DNA of 32,000 nucleotides from Candidatus Baldrarchaeum yapensis (GTDB taxonomy: Archaea > Asgardarchaeota > Baldrarchaeia > Baldrarchaeales > Baldrarchaeaceae): positions 5,506 through 37,505 of the forward strand of contig JAEOSH010000017.1 of NCBI GenBank assembly GCA_016840465.1. Reading direction: 5' to 3'. The translations under genes were made by a program, and so were the position numbers. A model generated the notes under the pieces. The model had not been told where the DNA came from, ran no database searches, and saw nothing but the letters and a program-made list of their open reading frames with translations. This document shows, one piece after another, positions 1-10,005 of the stretch; position 1 is the stretch's first letter, and the number at the start of each line of letters is the position of its first letter.

Positions 1-391
1 GCACAGCAAAACCCTCCCAGCCGCGCAACCCGGCAGTTACTATGAGCGCCGCGGGCTTCCTCCTAAACCTTTCTGCCTTGGGGAATAGACTTAGGACGCG
101 ATCCATGACCATCTTGAGAATCCCGGGCACGCTGAGAATGTACGTGGGGGTTCCGAGAACCACCGCATCGCTCTTCGCAATTTCTTCAAAGACCCAGTCC
201 ACGTCATCACCCAGTTTGCACTCTTCATAGAAGCAGTGGTAGCACGCCTTGCAAACCTTTACCGTTAATTTTGGAAGTCTTATCGCGTGAACCTCGGCTC
301 CCAGTTTCTGCGCCTCCAGAAGCGCCTCCTTGACCAGAATCTCCGTGTTCCCTAGTCTTCTGTAACTGGTGATGATTCCGAGAACTCTCAA
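1..391 (-). CDS. Flavodoxin-family / iron-sulfur flavoprotein (NADPH-dependent FMN reductase-like), 3' end runs off the window
   Basis: Manually translated (not in ORF track): TTG start at 391 after GGTGA; LRVLGIITSYRRLGNTEILV...CKACYHCFYEEC (CX2CX2CX4C)...SDAVVLGTPTY...LKMVMDR, typical Isf/flavodoxin motifs. Confidence 0.8.
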   Translation of the reverse strand, partial: MRVLGIITSYRRLGNTEILVKEALLEAQKLGAEVHAIRLPKLTVKVCKACYHCFYEECKLGDDVDWVFEEIAKSDAVVLGTPTYILSVPGILKMVMDRVLSLFPKAERFRRKPAALIVTAGLRGWEGFAV

Positions 392-449
392 GAAAAATCA
401 CCCTAGATATATTGCGAAATATCCACGAAAAATCTTTCGTATTGCGTTT

Positions 450-1568
450 TCAGCTTTCCCTTCTCGCAAAGATGCCGGGATCATAGCCCCTAAGCCGCAA
501 CCACTCCGCCGTTTTTCCGGTGATTATCAGGTTCTTCCTGCGAAGATCTTCTATTTTCTTAGACCCCGTGACGAACATCACGATCCTAATTTCCGTCATT
601 ATTCTCCTAAGGTAACGCACAACCTCGTCGTGGTTGCCCTCATAGGCGTGCTTGAGGAGGGGATAGGCTATTCCCACGGCGTCTGCTCCGAGTGATAGAA
701 GCTTTGCGGCATCAAGTCCCGTCCTCACGCCTCCCGTTGCAATTATTGTCAGGTCGCTCGCCTCCATGGCAACCTCTATTGTCGAGATAGCTGTGGGTAT
801 CCCCCACTTCCAGAAGACCTTTCCAATGTTCGCCCTCTCGAGATCCCCCAGCAGTCTTACTCTTATAGTTTCAAGTCTCGCCCAGTTTGTTCCGCCAGCC
901 CCGCCTACGTCTATACCCTTAACTCCGGCGTCTTTGAGAAGTTTTGCTTGCTCTCTGGCGATTCCAAAGCCGACCTCCTTCGCTATTACGGGCACATCTA
1001 AGTTCTCACAGATTCTTGTAATCGCCCTCAGAACCCCGCGAAACCTCGCCTTTCCCTCGTATTGAAGGGCCTCCTGGAGGGGATTTAGATGTATTGCTAG
1101 AGCATCCGCCTCTATCATCTCAACGACCCGTTCTGCCACCTCGACAGGCCTCTCTATTATCTCCGCCGCTCCAATGTTTGCTATAAGGAAAGCGTTGGGA
1201 GCGTTGTCCCTCGCAACCCTGTACGTGTACACTAGAGATGGATCCTCGAGAGCCGCGCGCTGACTTCCGACGCCCATAGCTATGTTCAACTCCTCCGCAA
1301 CTCTCGCAAGCAGGGCATTTATCCTGGCGGCCTCCGGGTGTCCTCCCGTCATGCTGGCGATAACTATCGGGGCGCTCAACCTCTTCCCGAAGAACCTTAT
1401 CGAAACGTCCGTTTCCTCAAAGTCCACCTCCGGAAGGGCGTTATGTACAAACTCTATATCCTCTAGTCCGGTTGTCATATCGGACTTCTCGACGTTTTCA
1501 GTCAACGTGAGAATTATATGATCGAACTTCCTCCGAGAAGTCATATTCTCTCTAGCCATGAGCCCCAC
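450..1568 (-). CDS. fni: Type 2 isopentenyl-diphosphate delta-isomerase (FMN-dependent)
   Basis: RKxDHI N-terminus, ASMTGG, MGVGSQR, NIGA, HLNPLQE, KEVGFG, DVGGAGGTNW, GGVRTGLDAAK motifs; start may be one of the next Met codons. Confidence 0.93.
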   Translation of the reverse strand: MGLMARENMTSRRKFDHIILTLTENVEKSDMTTGLEDIEFVHNALPEVDFEETDVSIRFFGKRLSAPIVIASMTGGHPEAARINALLARVAEELNIAMGVGSQRAALEDPSLVYTYRVARDNAPNAFLIANIGAAEIIERPVEVAERVVEMIEADALAIHLNPLQEALQYEGKARFRGVLRAITRICENLDVPVIAKEVGFGIAREQAKLLKDAGVKGIDVGGAGGTNWARLETIRVRLLGDLERANIGKVFWKWGIPTAISTIEVAMEASDLTIIATGGVRTGLDAAKLLSLGADAVGIAYPLLKHAYEGNHDEVVRYLRRIMTEIRIVMFVTGSKKIEDLRRKNLIITGKTAEWLRLRGYDPGIFARRES

Positions 1569-2586
1569 CGCTCTCTATTCTTGCGCCCTCAAACTCTATT
1601 TCTGCCAAGAACGCATCACGGCCGACCCGTTTGATGGATTCTACCACATTGTTGATCGCGTTCTTGGCGGGTAACGCAATTATACAACCCCCACCGCCGG
1701 CACCGGTAAGTTTCGCTCCAAGCGCTCCAGCTTTCCGCGCCGCATTTACCAACATTGATATTTCGGGGCTCGAAACTCCGAGCGCCTCCAGAAGACCCTG
1801 ATTTATGTTCATGAGGTCACCCAGCTTCTCAAGGTCGCCGTCCACGAGAGCCTGCACCGAGAGTAGGGATAACCTCCCTATTGCCCTTATGACTTCCTCT
1901 ATCACGTCCGGATACTTCTCCCTAAGCATCCTCACGCGCGCAACCATCTTGCCTGTGCTGCGGCTCACGCCCGTATCTCCCACAACGAGGGGTATCGTTT
2001 GGCCAAGACGTATTCTTTTCATGGATCCCTTTCGGTACAGTATCACACCGCCGTGGAGCGAAAGGGTGTTATCTATTCCGCTAGGTCTTCCATGTACAAT
2101 TTTTTCCGATTCAAAGGCAATATTCCAAATGTCGTTCGGAGACATATCGACGGAAAATATTTCCTTGAGGGCGAGTGCCAATGCGGTTGCAAGCGCGGCC
2201 GAAGATCCAAGACCCGCTGATTCCGGGATCTCCGATCGTATTTCTACTCTAAGCCCGTGCTTTAGGGGATGTCCATGAAGTTCGAGCATTTTGTGACATA
2301 GATGCCAAAGGGGTTTTAACTCGGCTGAAACTCCCTCGAGTTCCCCTCTTGTGCACTTTTCCAAGCGCATCGATTCCCTGATTTTTAGGTTTCTCGATTC
2401 TATTTCTATCCTGTCGGTTGCGATTTCCTCAACGGACACGTACACGCGCCTTCTTATTGCTGCTGCGATTGCGGGTTCCCCATAGACGACGGCATGTTCT
2501 CCAAAGAGTATGACCTTGCCGGGTGCGGACGCCACTACTCTGTTCAAGCCGACACACCGCTTTCGACACTCTGGAGGGGTTGTCAA
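1552..2586 (-). CDS. mvk: Mevalonate kinase (GHMP kinase)
   Basis: APGKVILFGEHAVVYG, PESAGLGSSAA ATP-binding loop, HGRPSGID, KLTGAGGGG; overlaps the fni start. True start probably a few codons downstream. Confidence 0.92.
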   Translation of the reverse strand: MTTPPECRKRCVGLNRVVASAPGKVILFGEHAVVYGEPAIAAAIRRRVYVSVEEIATDRIEIESRNLKIRESMRLEKCTRGELEGVSAELKPLWHLCHKMLELHGHPLKHGLRVEIRSEIPESAGLGSSAALATALALALKEIFSVDMSPNDIWNIAFESEKIVHGRPSGIDNTLSLHGGVILYRKGSMKRIRLGQTIPLVVGDTGVSRSTGKMVARVRMLREKYPDVIEEVIRAIGRLSLLSVQALVDGDLEKLGDLMNINQGLLEALGVSSPEISMLVNAARKAGALGAKLTGAGGGGCIIALPAKNAINNVVESIKRVGRDAFLAEIEFEGARIESGGAHG

Positions 2587-2930
2587 GTTGTTGCTTTTGA
2601 CACCTAGGTGGGGTTCTGCTAGTTGTAAGATGGGAGAGGGGCACCCCTTTTATTCTTATGGGTTCACATTGGACGATGTCTTTCGATAGTCGCAGATGTC
2701 AGATATATCGATGTGAAATATTTCATGAGTTTAAAAATTGGAGTTTGAAGTGCCAGAAAGGGTTAAAGAATTTGACCACTTTAAAAGGCATGTATACGTG
2801 CTTTACGTACATTCGTCAAATATGCAAGAATTGCGAATGATATATGACGGAAAAAATCATGCAGATTTGCCACATTGTCATAATCATTTTGTGGGTGTCG
2901 AATTTTATGATCAGAAAATTGGCAATCGCT

Positions 2931-2947
2931 CAAATAAACCTTATATA
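2931..2947 (+). promoter_or_regulatory. Putative BRE/TATA box of the HMG-CoA synthase gene
   Basis: CAAATAAACC-TTATATA about 40-50 nt upstream of the TTG 2987 / ATG 2996 starts, in an AT-rich divergent intergenic region. Confidence 0.4.
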
Positions 2948-2986
2948 CCGATAATGCCGATACCTTAAGACTACAAACATTCCGTT

Positions 2987-4507
2987 TTGGAAACCATGAG
3001 GGTGCAGCGAATGGTAATGCGTCCATCGAAAAAGGTCGGTATCGTCGGGTGGGGCGCCTATGTACCGATGTACAGAATAAAGACCAGAGAAATTGCACGA
3101 GTCTGGGGGAAGGACCCCAGGCGCTACGAGGAGATGCTACTTATAGAGGAAAAGGCGGTGGCGGGGCCCGACGAAGACACCGCAACCATAGCCATAGAGG
3201 CCGCGCAGAACGCAATAATGAGGGCGCAAATAGAGCCATCGGAAATAGGAGCGGTGTTTGTCGGCACCGAATCTAAACCCTACGCTGTCAAGCCCACTGC
3301 AACCATAGTGGCCGAGGCAGTAGGAGCCACGCCCAACACCCTGGCCGCTGACTTTGAGTTCGCATGCAAGGCGGGTACCGAAAACCTCCAATGCGTAATA
3401 GGACTCGTGGGTTCAGGGATGATAAAATACGGCATGTCGATAGGGGCAGATGTTGCCCAAAGTGCTCCGGGAGACGAGTTGGAATTTGCGGCCGCGGCGG
3501 GAGGGGCCGCGTTTATAATAGGGGAGACTAATCATAACGTTGCCGCGCGCATAGAGGCATCTTACTCTTTTGTCACTGACACTCCCGACTTCTGGAGAAG
3601 GGAGGGGCAACCGTATCCCAAGCATGGAGAGGGGTTCACTGGGGAGCCCGCGTATTTCAGGCATGTGTTGTCGGCAGCGCGGGCCCTCATGGAGGAGTTA
3701 AGTATAACCCCGAGGGATATAGACTATGTTGTTTTCCACATGCCGAATGGAAAGTTCCCCCTGAAGGCCGCGCGCATTCTCGGATTTTCGAGAGAGCAGA
3801 TCCTTCCCGGGCTTGTGGTGAGGAAAATAGGGAACACCTACTCTGCATCTTCCCTGCTCGGGCTTGTTTCCGTGCTCGAGGTGTCCAAACCCGGTGATAA
3901 TATACTCCTCGTGTCATACGGTTCCGGGGCCGGGAGTGATGCCTTCCTGATAACGGTTGAGGACGCCATAGAGGAGAAGAAGGACCTTGCCCCACGTATT
4001 GTCGATTACATTGAGAGGAAGAGATATGTCGACTATGCGATCTACGCGAAGTGGAGAGGTAAGATTCTGATACCGCGCAGGTCGGGAAACTCACACGCTC
4101 CAAAGCACTGGAGGGAAATTCCTCAGCGCTACAAGTTGATGGGATCTCAGTGCGAGGGTTGTGGAAAGATATACTTCCCACCGAGGCCCGTCTGCCCGAA
4201 CTGTAGATCGACGGAGATGGTGTACGTTCCCTTGCCGCGAAGAGGAAGGGTTGTAAACTACACCGTGATAAGGCAACCCCCACTCGAGTTCAAGTACCAC
4301 GCTCCATACGTTGTCGCAATTGTGGAGTTGGAAAATGGGGTTAGGATAACCTCCCAGCTGACCGATGTGAGTCCCGAGGACGTCAGAATTGGAATGGAAG
4401 TCGAGGCCGTGATAAGAAAGTTGGGCGAGGACGGCGTCGACGGTATAATATTCTACGGCTTTAAATTCAGACCCGCGCTTCATAACGGAAACTCCCATAT
4501 CTCCTAA
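2987..4507 (+). CDS. Archaeal hydroxymethylglutaryl-CoA synthase fused in frame to a C-terminal DUF35 (Zn-ribbon + OB-fold) scaffold domain
   Basis: [19 protein letters not shown] (catalytic Cys), [36 protein letters not shown]; then [45 protein letters not shown] (DUF35). Confidence 0.93.
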   Translation: METMRVQRMVMRPSKKVGIVGWGAYVPMYRIKTREIARVWGKDPRRYEEMLLIEEKAVAGPDEDTATIAIEAAQNAIMRAQIEPSEIGAVFVGTESKPYAVKPTATIVAEAVGATPNTLAADFEFACKAGTENLQCVIGLVGSGMIKYGMSIGADVAQSAPGDELEFAAAAGGAAFIIGETNHNVAARIEASYSFVTDTPDFWRREGQPYPKHGEGFTGEPAYFRHVLSAARALMEELSITPRDIDYVVFHMPNGKFPLKAARILGFSREQILPGLVVRKIGNTYSASSLLGLVSVLEVSKPGDNILLVSYGSGAGSDAFLITVEDAIEEKKDLAPRIVDYIERKRYVDYAIYAKWRGKILIPRRSGNSHAPKHWREIPQRYKLMGSQCEGCGKIYFPPRPVCPNCRSTEMVYVPLPRRGRVVNYTVIRQPPLEFKYHAPYVVAIVELENGVRITSQLTDVSPEDVRIGMEVEAVIRKLGEDGVDGIIFYGFKFRPALHNGNSHIS

Positions 4508-4509
4508 CT

Positions 4510-5007
4510 CTATATTTCTGCTTTATTGTGGATCTCCTCCAAGATCTCTTTGACCGCTACCGCGACCGCTCTCTCAACTTCGGGACTCAATTTGTCACAG
4601 AATTTCTCGATCCGCTTAACCTCTATCCCTATCAGGATAATATCCTTTCCTAAGACCTCGGGGCAAAGATTTGAGATCACAAATAGCGACTCTAAAGATC
4701 CGAGGTCGTGCAGGCTGATGATCTGCCTATCACACTCAGATCTATCCATTTTGGACATGATGTCAGCGAGTGAAAGCTTGTATACCGTTCCCGGCTTTCC
4801 CCCGAACTTCACTCCATCCACAACAATTACTTTTTCGTAGTCGCTCACTATGTCGAAAAACTCCGGGCCTAGGGCGCCCATTTCAAAAACCGAGACTGAG
4901 GGCGGGAGGTTCCTATTTATGAGTTCCCTCACAACGTGAATGCCCACTCCGTCATCTCCCATCAATATGTTTCCGAGCCCGACGACCGCTATCCTTTTTC
5001 CTCCCAT
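4510..5007 (-). CDS. Hydrogenase maturation protease (HyaD/HycI family)
   Basis: VVGLGNILMGDDGVG, IVVDGV, SLHD motifs; directly downstream of the hydrogenase large subunit. Confidence 0.92.
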   Translation of the reverse strand: MGGKRIAVVGLGNILMGDDGVGIHVVRELINRNLPPSVSVFEMGALGPEFFDIVSDYEKVIVVDGVKFGGKPGTVYKLSLADIMSKMDRSECDRQIISLHDLGSLESLFVISNLCPEVLGKDIILIGIEVKRIEKFCDKLSPEVERAVAVAVKEILEEIHNKAEI

Positions 5008-5058
5008 AAGATCCCTTCATAACTCCGGTGACAAAAATAAAAATTTATTGAGTAAGGC

Positions 5059-6348
5059 TTACAGTCTTAAAACATGGACGGAGCATGAGAGACAGAAGTC
5101 GTAGGCCCTTATGAGCATGCCGCACTTTAGTGTTGCCTCGTCGACCGACAGGTTGGCAATATGCGGCCCAAATGACCATAGATCTGCCTCAGCGCTTGAT
5201 ACGTTGTGCACTGTCGGGGTGACGACGTTTGCGCTCATGACCAATCCGTTTCTTCCTATCCTGTACCCGTGATATAGGATACCTCTGGGGGCTTCGGTTA
5301 CCGCCGCGCCTATTCCCGGCTTTACCTCGAATTCCACCTTTGGCTTTATGGCGGTGATGTCCAGCTCGTCTAGGATCTTGAGACACTCGTCGAAGGAGTG
5401 CACCAGTTCCATTGCTCTTGCGAGGTTCTGCAGGAACGGGTTCTGGGATGGGAATTTCACGCCGGCCTCGTCCGCTAGCGCCTTTGCATCATCACTCAGT
5501 TTATCGTAATTTAGGTTCACGCGAGCCAATGGCCCGACGAGGAGTACATCTCTGCCCTTGACCTTAGAGCGCTTAACATTCGTCTTGGGGTCCGTGGACT
5601 CGAGTATGAACTTCGTGAACTCGTCCTCGGAGATATCAAGGCCCTTGTTGGAGCGCAGTCTTCCCTCGTTTATGGGGTACTCCTTCGGGTCCCAGAGCGC
5701 CACATGCTCACGATCAACAGTGAAATCTGGAACCTCCAGTTTCGCCACAACTTTTCCTAGTTTCTCCGCGTCCGGCTTTCCTTCCTTCAGCATTTCCTTT
5801 GCCTTTTCGACCCACTTCTGATCGGGAAGTTTGCTGAACCCTCCAACTACGCAGGTCACCGGGTGGGCCCAGCGTCCCCCGAGTTGCTCCACCAGTTTGT
5901 TTCCTAAGGTCCTTAGCTTTATTCCTAGGGTCACCAAGTCCTTATGTTCCGGTGACTTCAGCATGCTGAACACGCTTTCATGCCCAAAGTAGTCGGGAAG
6001 CGCCAAGAATGCGAGGTGAAGGCTGTGACTTTGTATCCATCCCGCAAATGCGAGGAACCTTCTAAGCTTCTTTATTTCCTCCGTGACGGATACGCCGATT
6101 GCCTTCTCCACAGCCCTAAGCGCGGTTATCTGGTGGGCAACATAACAGATACCACAGATCCTAGATGCGATCTCGTGAACCTCATCGTACTTGCGCCCCA
6201 CGAGGAAGGCCTCGAACAGGCGTGGTGTTTCATCGATTATCAGGGAAACCTCCTTTATCTTACCGTTCTCCATCACCAATCTGAGGTGCCCTTCTCCCTC
6301 AACGCGCGTCAGGGGCTCTATGGAGATTACCTTCTCCCCACCACTCAT
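5059..6348 (-). CDS. hydA: Group 3b [NiFe]-hydrogenase (sulfhydrogenase) alpha/large subunit
   Basis: RVEGEG, L1 SRICGIC, EAPRG, L2 AYDFCLSCSVH followed by a 4-residue cleavable tail VLRL. Confidence 0.93.
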   Translation of the reverse strand: MSGGEKVISIEPLTRVEGEGHLRLVMENGKIKEVSLIIDETPRLFEAFLVGRKYDEVHEIASRICGICYVAHQITALRAVEKAIGVSVTEEIKKLRRFLAFAGWIQSHSLHLAFLALPDYFGHESVFSMLKSPEHKDLVTLGIKLRTLGNKLVEQLGGRWAHPVTCVVGGFSKLPDQKWVEKAKEMLKEGKPDAEKLGKVVAKLEVPDFTVDREHVALWDPKEYPINEGRLRSNKGLDISEDEFTKFILESTDPKTNVKRSKVKGRDVLLVGPLARVNLNYDKLSDDAKALADEAGVKFPSQNPFLQNLARAMELVHSFDECLKILDELDITAIKPKVEFEVKPGIGAAVTEAPRGILYHGYRIGRNGLVMSANVVTPTVHNVSSAEADLWSFGPHIANLSVDEATLKCGMLIRAYDFCLSCSVHVLRL

Positions 6349-7118
6349 ACCCCGACCCCCGCAAAAGCCATACTCGCGGCAGCATATTTTCTAAACTTAC
6401 GCCTAACATCCTCATTTGTCGCGCCCAACTCAAATAACAGCTTTGCCAGAGCCTTGGAGTTCGGATCCTTGGTCGGTCCTCTGCACCCCTCACATGGCCT
6501 GTTGGAACTGGGGCAGAGCGCGTTGCATCCGCCCGCGGTTATGGGTCCCATGCATGGAATTCCCTTGAGAAGGAAGCACTCGTTCTCCCTCAGTTTGCAC
6601 TCCACGCAGACGCTATATGGGGGAAATCTCGGCTTCACTCCCATGAGGAGGGACTTTATCACTTCCACGACCTCGGAGGGCTCTACGGGGCAACCGACTA
6701 CGTAGGCGTCCACCTTGACGTATTCATCTATCCCGAAGGACTTTGTCGGGTGGCTCTTCGGCGGCTTCTCATACACCATGTCGACGAGTTTCGCGGTTGG
6801 CTCGAAGTTTCTGATCGATTGAAGGCCCCCAAAGCATGCACAGGTTCCCAGCGCAACCAGATACTTCGTGGATGCGCGTATTTTTCTGAGGTGCTCTATT
6901 TCCTCCGCCGAACATGCACTTCCTTCGACAAGTACGATATCATATGGTCCATCGAGGTTCTCGCTTTTGGCGATCGGGAAGTATACGATGTCTATGTGGT
7001 CCAAGAGTTTCAAAAAGTCCTCACCCGCATCCACAAGCTGCAGTTGGCAGCCCCCACAGGAACTTAGCTTGAATATCGCGACCTTTGCTTTTTCCTTCAT
7101 TTTAACTTGTGCCATCAC
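6345..7118 (-). CDS. hydD: Group 3b hydrogenase delta/small subunit
   Basis: LSSCGGCQ, VEGS, GTCACFGG, GCP, and distal-cluster Cys motifs (CVEC...CF...CMGP...CNALCP...CEGCRG). Confidence 0.92.
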   Translation of the reverse strand: MMAQVKMKEKAKVAIFKLSSCGGCQLQLVDAGEDFLKLLDHIDIVYFPIAKSENLDGPYDIVLVEGSACSAEEIEHLRKIRASTKYLVALGTCACFGGLQSIRNFEPTAKLVDMVYEKPPKSHPTKSFGIDEYVKVDAYVVGCPVEPSEVVEVIKSLLMGVKPRFPPYSVCVECKLRENECFLLKGIPCMGPITAGGCNALCPSSNRPCEGCRGPTKDPNSKALAKLLFELGATNEDVRRKFRKYAAASMAFAGVGV

Positions 7119-7127
7119 ATTCCCCCC

Positions 7128-7976
7128 TTACACTATCTTATCAGGGAGGGGCTCAACCTCTTCGAACGTGAATACGGGTCCGTCCCTGCACACGAACTTT
7201 GATCCTATCTGGCAGTGCCCACACTTTCCTATCCCGCAGTGCATCCTTCGCTCCATCGAGAGATATATCTGATTCTTCGCGAATCCCCTCTCTACGAGCC
7301 CCTTGACCACGAAGTGCATCATTATTTCGGGTCCGCACACCATTACTACAGTGTTTTCAGGCCTCGAATCCATCTCCTCAAATAGCACGGTGACCACTCC
7401 GACCCTGTGCTCCCATTCCACTCCCTCCGGCACCATGTCGACCGTGAGTCTCAATGTGAAGTCCTTTATCTTGCGCCATTCGTCCATCTCCGATCTATAA
7501 AGCATATCAAGCGGCGTACGTGCGCCGTAGAGCACCTCCACGTGCCCGAACTCGTCCCTGTGATTCGCAATGTAGTAAATGACAGGTCTAAGCGGAGCAA
7601 GCCCCAGTCCTCCCGCCACTATCAGTATGTTCTTTCCCTTTGCTTCCTCTATTGGCCATGGCCTTCCATAAGGTCCTCTTACCCACAGGATGTCGCCCTC
7701 CTTGAGTTTATGTATCGTGTTTGTGACGTTGCCGACTGCCCTTATCGTGTGCTCGAAGTATTCCTTCTCATCGGGGTTTGACGTTATGGAGAAGGGGGCC
7801 TCCCCGACGCCGAACACTCCGACCATGTTGAACTGCCCAGGCTTGAACTGGTACGCCTTCTTAACGTTTTCGTCCAGGAACTCGAGCCTGAAGGTCTTCG
7901 TGTCCCTCGTTTCCGTCTTTATTTCTTTAATGACCGCGGGGTGCGGAACATACGGGTTCGCCATCTCAATCACCAC
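7128..7976 (-). CDS. hydG: Group 3b hydrogenase gamma subunit (FAD/NAD(P)-binding, 2Fe-2S)
   Basis: FKPGQF, GEAPFSI, RGPYG, AGGLGLAPL, CGPEIMM, ERRMHCGIGKCGHC...CRDGPVF. Confidence 0.92.
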   Translation of the reverse strand: MVIEMANPYVPHPAVIKEIKTETRDTKTFRLEFLDENVKKAYQFKPGQFNMVGVFGVGEAPFSITSNPDEKEYFEHTIRAVGNVTNTIHKLKEGDILWVRGPYGRPWPIEEAKGKNILIVAGGLGLAPLRPVIYYIANHRDEFGHVEVLYGARTPLDMLYRSEMDEWRKIKDFTLRLTVDMVPEGVEWEHRVGVVTVLFEEMDSRPENTVVMVCGPEIMMHFVVKGLVERGFAKNQIYLSMERRMHCGIGKCGHCQIGSKFVCRDGPVFTFEEVEPLPDKIV

Positions 7977-8991
7977 TTAATCTTGTAACCGCATCCACCG
8001 GGTCTATGTGCTTCACGCAGAACTCCACACAACGCCCACAACCCACGCATCCGAAAACTCCATGCTGTTGCTTTATGTAAACGAGTTTGTGATACATCCT
8101 GTGTTTCAATCTTGCATCCCTTCCGGGCCTGAAGTTCCCTCCGAGGGCAACCGCGGCGAACTCCAGGAACATGCACGAGTCCCAGTACCTTATCCTTTCT
8201 CCCTCCTTGAAGTCCGCTGACACCCTGTCGATCACGCCGTAGCAGAAGCATGTGGGACATACCGTTGTACAGACACCACATGCCAGGCACTCATCCGCGA
8301 GTTCCTGCCAGATCTTGTCATTTATCTTTTCGAGGAGTAAGGTTTCGAGGTTTTCTGTTTTGATCCTCCGCTTAATGGACTCGGCTACCTTCTTCAGAAT
8401 TTCGTCCCTTTTGGCAATGTCGGCATCCTCTGCCTTTGACAGTTCCTTGAAGCCCTCCACTATCTTCTTCCCGGCGTCGGTTCCCACTTCCACGAGGAAC
8501 CTGTCGCCCAGATCGGTGAGCAGTATGTCGAAGCCGTCCTTGGCCCCCGGTCCGGTGCCGAACGACGTGCAGAAGCAGTACTCTCCCGCTTTTGTGCAAT
8601 TTAACCCTATGATTACCGTATTTTCTCTACGTTGCGCATAGTACGGATCCTTGAACTCTCCCTCTATTAGCACTTTGTCCAGCACCTTTATCGCATTGAT
8701 GTCGCAAGGGTGCACTCCGAAAAGTACGATCTTTCCGTCGACCGCGGGCTGTTCGACCTTCGGCGTTTCATTCTCAAACTTGAACTTCAGGATCGTCTCC
8801 CTCTGCGGAAGCAATACCTTCTTCGGGGGGATCATCGTCGTTACGTAGTCGAGTTGTAAATCTTCCGCCTTTGAGATCTCTGCAAATACTACGAGGTTGC
8901 CCTTCTTCACTGGCCCTACGACGCGGTACTCGCGGCGCAGGTGTTCTATGAATTGTGGCAGTTGCTCTTTACGTAATATGAGGGTCTCCAA
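7966..8991 (-). CDS. hydB: Group 3b hydrogenase beta subunit (4Fe-4S dicluster)
   Basis: GVHPCD, CFCTSFGTGP, CLACGVCTTVCPTCFC, RYWDSC, CVGCGRCVEFC; first gene of the B-G-D-A operon. Confidence 0.92.
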   Translation of the reverse strand: METLILRKEQLPQFIEHLRREYRVVGPVKKGNLVVFAEISKAEDLQLDYVTTMIPPKKVLLPQRETILKFKFENETPKVEQPAVDGKIVLFGVHPCDINAIKVLDKVLIEGEFKDPYYAQRRENTVIIGLNCTKAGEYCFCTSFGTGPGAKDGFDILLTDLGDRFLVEVGTDAGKKIVEGFKELSKAEDADIAKRDEILKKVAESIKRRIKTENLETLLLEKINDKIWQELADECLACGVCTTVCPTCFCYGVIDRVSADFKEGERIRYWDSCMFLEFAAVALGGNFRPGRDARLKHRMYHKLVYIKQQHGVFGCVGCGRCVEFCVKHIDPVDAVTRLSGD

Positions 8992-9544
8992 ATCGCGTCG
9001 ACCCCTGCTGAGGGGTTCTCTAGGAGTTTCATTACGTGAAGTAAATAAATTATTCGATAAAAAATCGGGAGGCGGCGATGGGCTCTAGTGGAAATTTGAG
9101 GCGATGACGGGGGACCTAAAGCCTCTATTCGCACACATGTTCCCCCGCTAGTTGCAAATTTTTAACGGAGGATGGTAGGCGCGAAAGCGTTCTATCGAGT
9201 ACGCATATTGCACCTTTTCGGATCATTCTTTCAGAATCTTTTGCAACTCTTGAATATCCTACTCGGGCAATTGGTATAGAATTTAAATCTCCGCTAATAC
9301 GTGTCACCTGATGTATTTGATCCGCAAAATTTCAATTCGGCTGCACGTCCCCGTTGAGAAAAAAATATTAAGGTATCCGGGGATGGACACGTTTCCTATC
9401 AAAAACTCCATTTCGACGTTTCACGTGTGGAAAAGGAGGATCCTGACGCCCGATTGATAACACTTTTCGCGAAAATGTTAGCAACAATTGGTTGCTGATT
9501 GTCAATAATCACCTCTGCAGTGCCATCGATCGATAAGTACATTT

Positions 9545-9577
9545 AGATGGTACATCTTGTACACTTTTGGTGTACAA
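9545..9577. promoter_or_regulatory. Putative operator palindromes immediately upstream of the HTH gene
   Basis: AGATG-gta-CATCT (9545-9557) and perfect TTGTACAC-n5-GTGTACAA (9557-9577), ending just before ATG 9579. Confidence 0.45.
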
Positions 9578-9578
9578 T

Positions 9579-10001
9579 ATGGTCACGATATACGAGGTAC
9601 TGGGAACACCGTCTGCCCATCGAGTGCTAGAGATGCTAGCGATATGGGGAGAACTGTCAGTGGAGGATATCGTTGAGAAGACGGGGCTCAGCAGGAACAA
9701 CGTCTACAATGTTCTGAGGGGGCTGATGGAGGTAGGAATAGTGGAGAGGGTTCAGAGGGGAAGGTACAGAATTTCCGAGAATCCTAGGACTGTACATCTA
9801 ATAAACTTCTACAGGGAGAACGCGGTTGTGCAGGTGGGATCCCATATACAGCTGATGCTCGAGGGAAAGGAACCGGCAACTCCGGAGATGGTGGCGCGAT
9901 TGATCGAGATGTATGAGCCCATTTTGAGGAAACACTTCAGTTGGGTAATGCACTCTTTGGTAGAGATGGGCGCCATTGAGCGAGCGGTGGCGCACGGATA
10001 G
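9579..10001 (+). CDS. Winged helix-turn-helix DNA-binding protein (ArsR/TrmB-like)
   Basis: GELSVEDIVEKTGLSRNNVYNVLRGLMEVGIVERVQRGRYRI wHTH pattern; ATG 9579 preferred over TTG 9567. Confidence 0.8.
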   Translation: MVTIYEVLGTPSAHRVLEMLAIWGELSVEDIVEKTGLSRNNVYNVLRGLMEVGIVERVQRGRYRISENPRTVHLINFYRENAVVQVGSHIQLMLEGKEPATPEMVARLIEMYEPILRKHFSWVMHSLVEMGAIERAVAHG

Positions 10002-10005
10002 AGTG

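Noticed and set aside
2658-3098. Short ORFs in the mvk / HMG-CoA synthase spacer
   Set aside because: AT-rich promoter region; overlapping ORFs with no motifs or ribosome sites.
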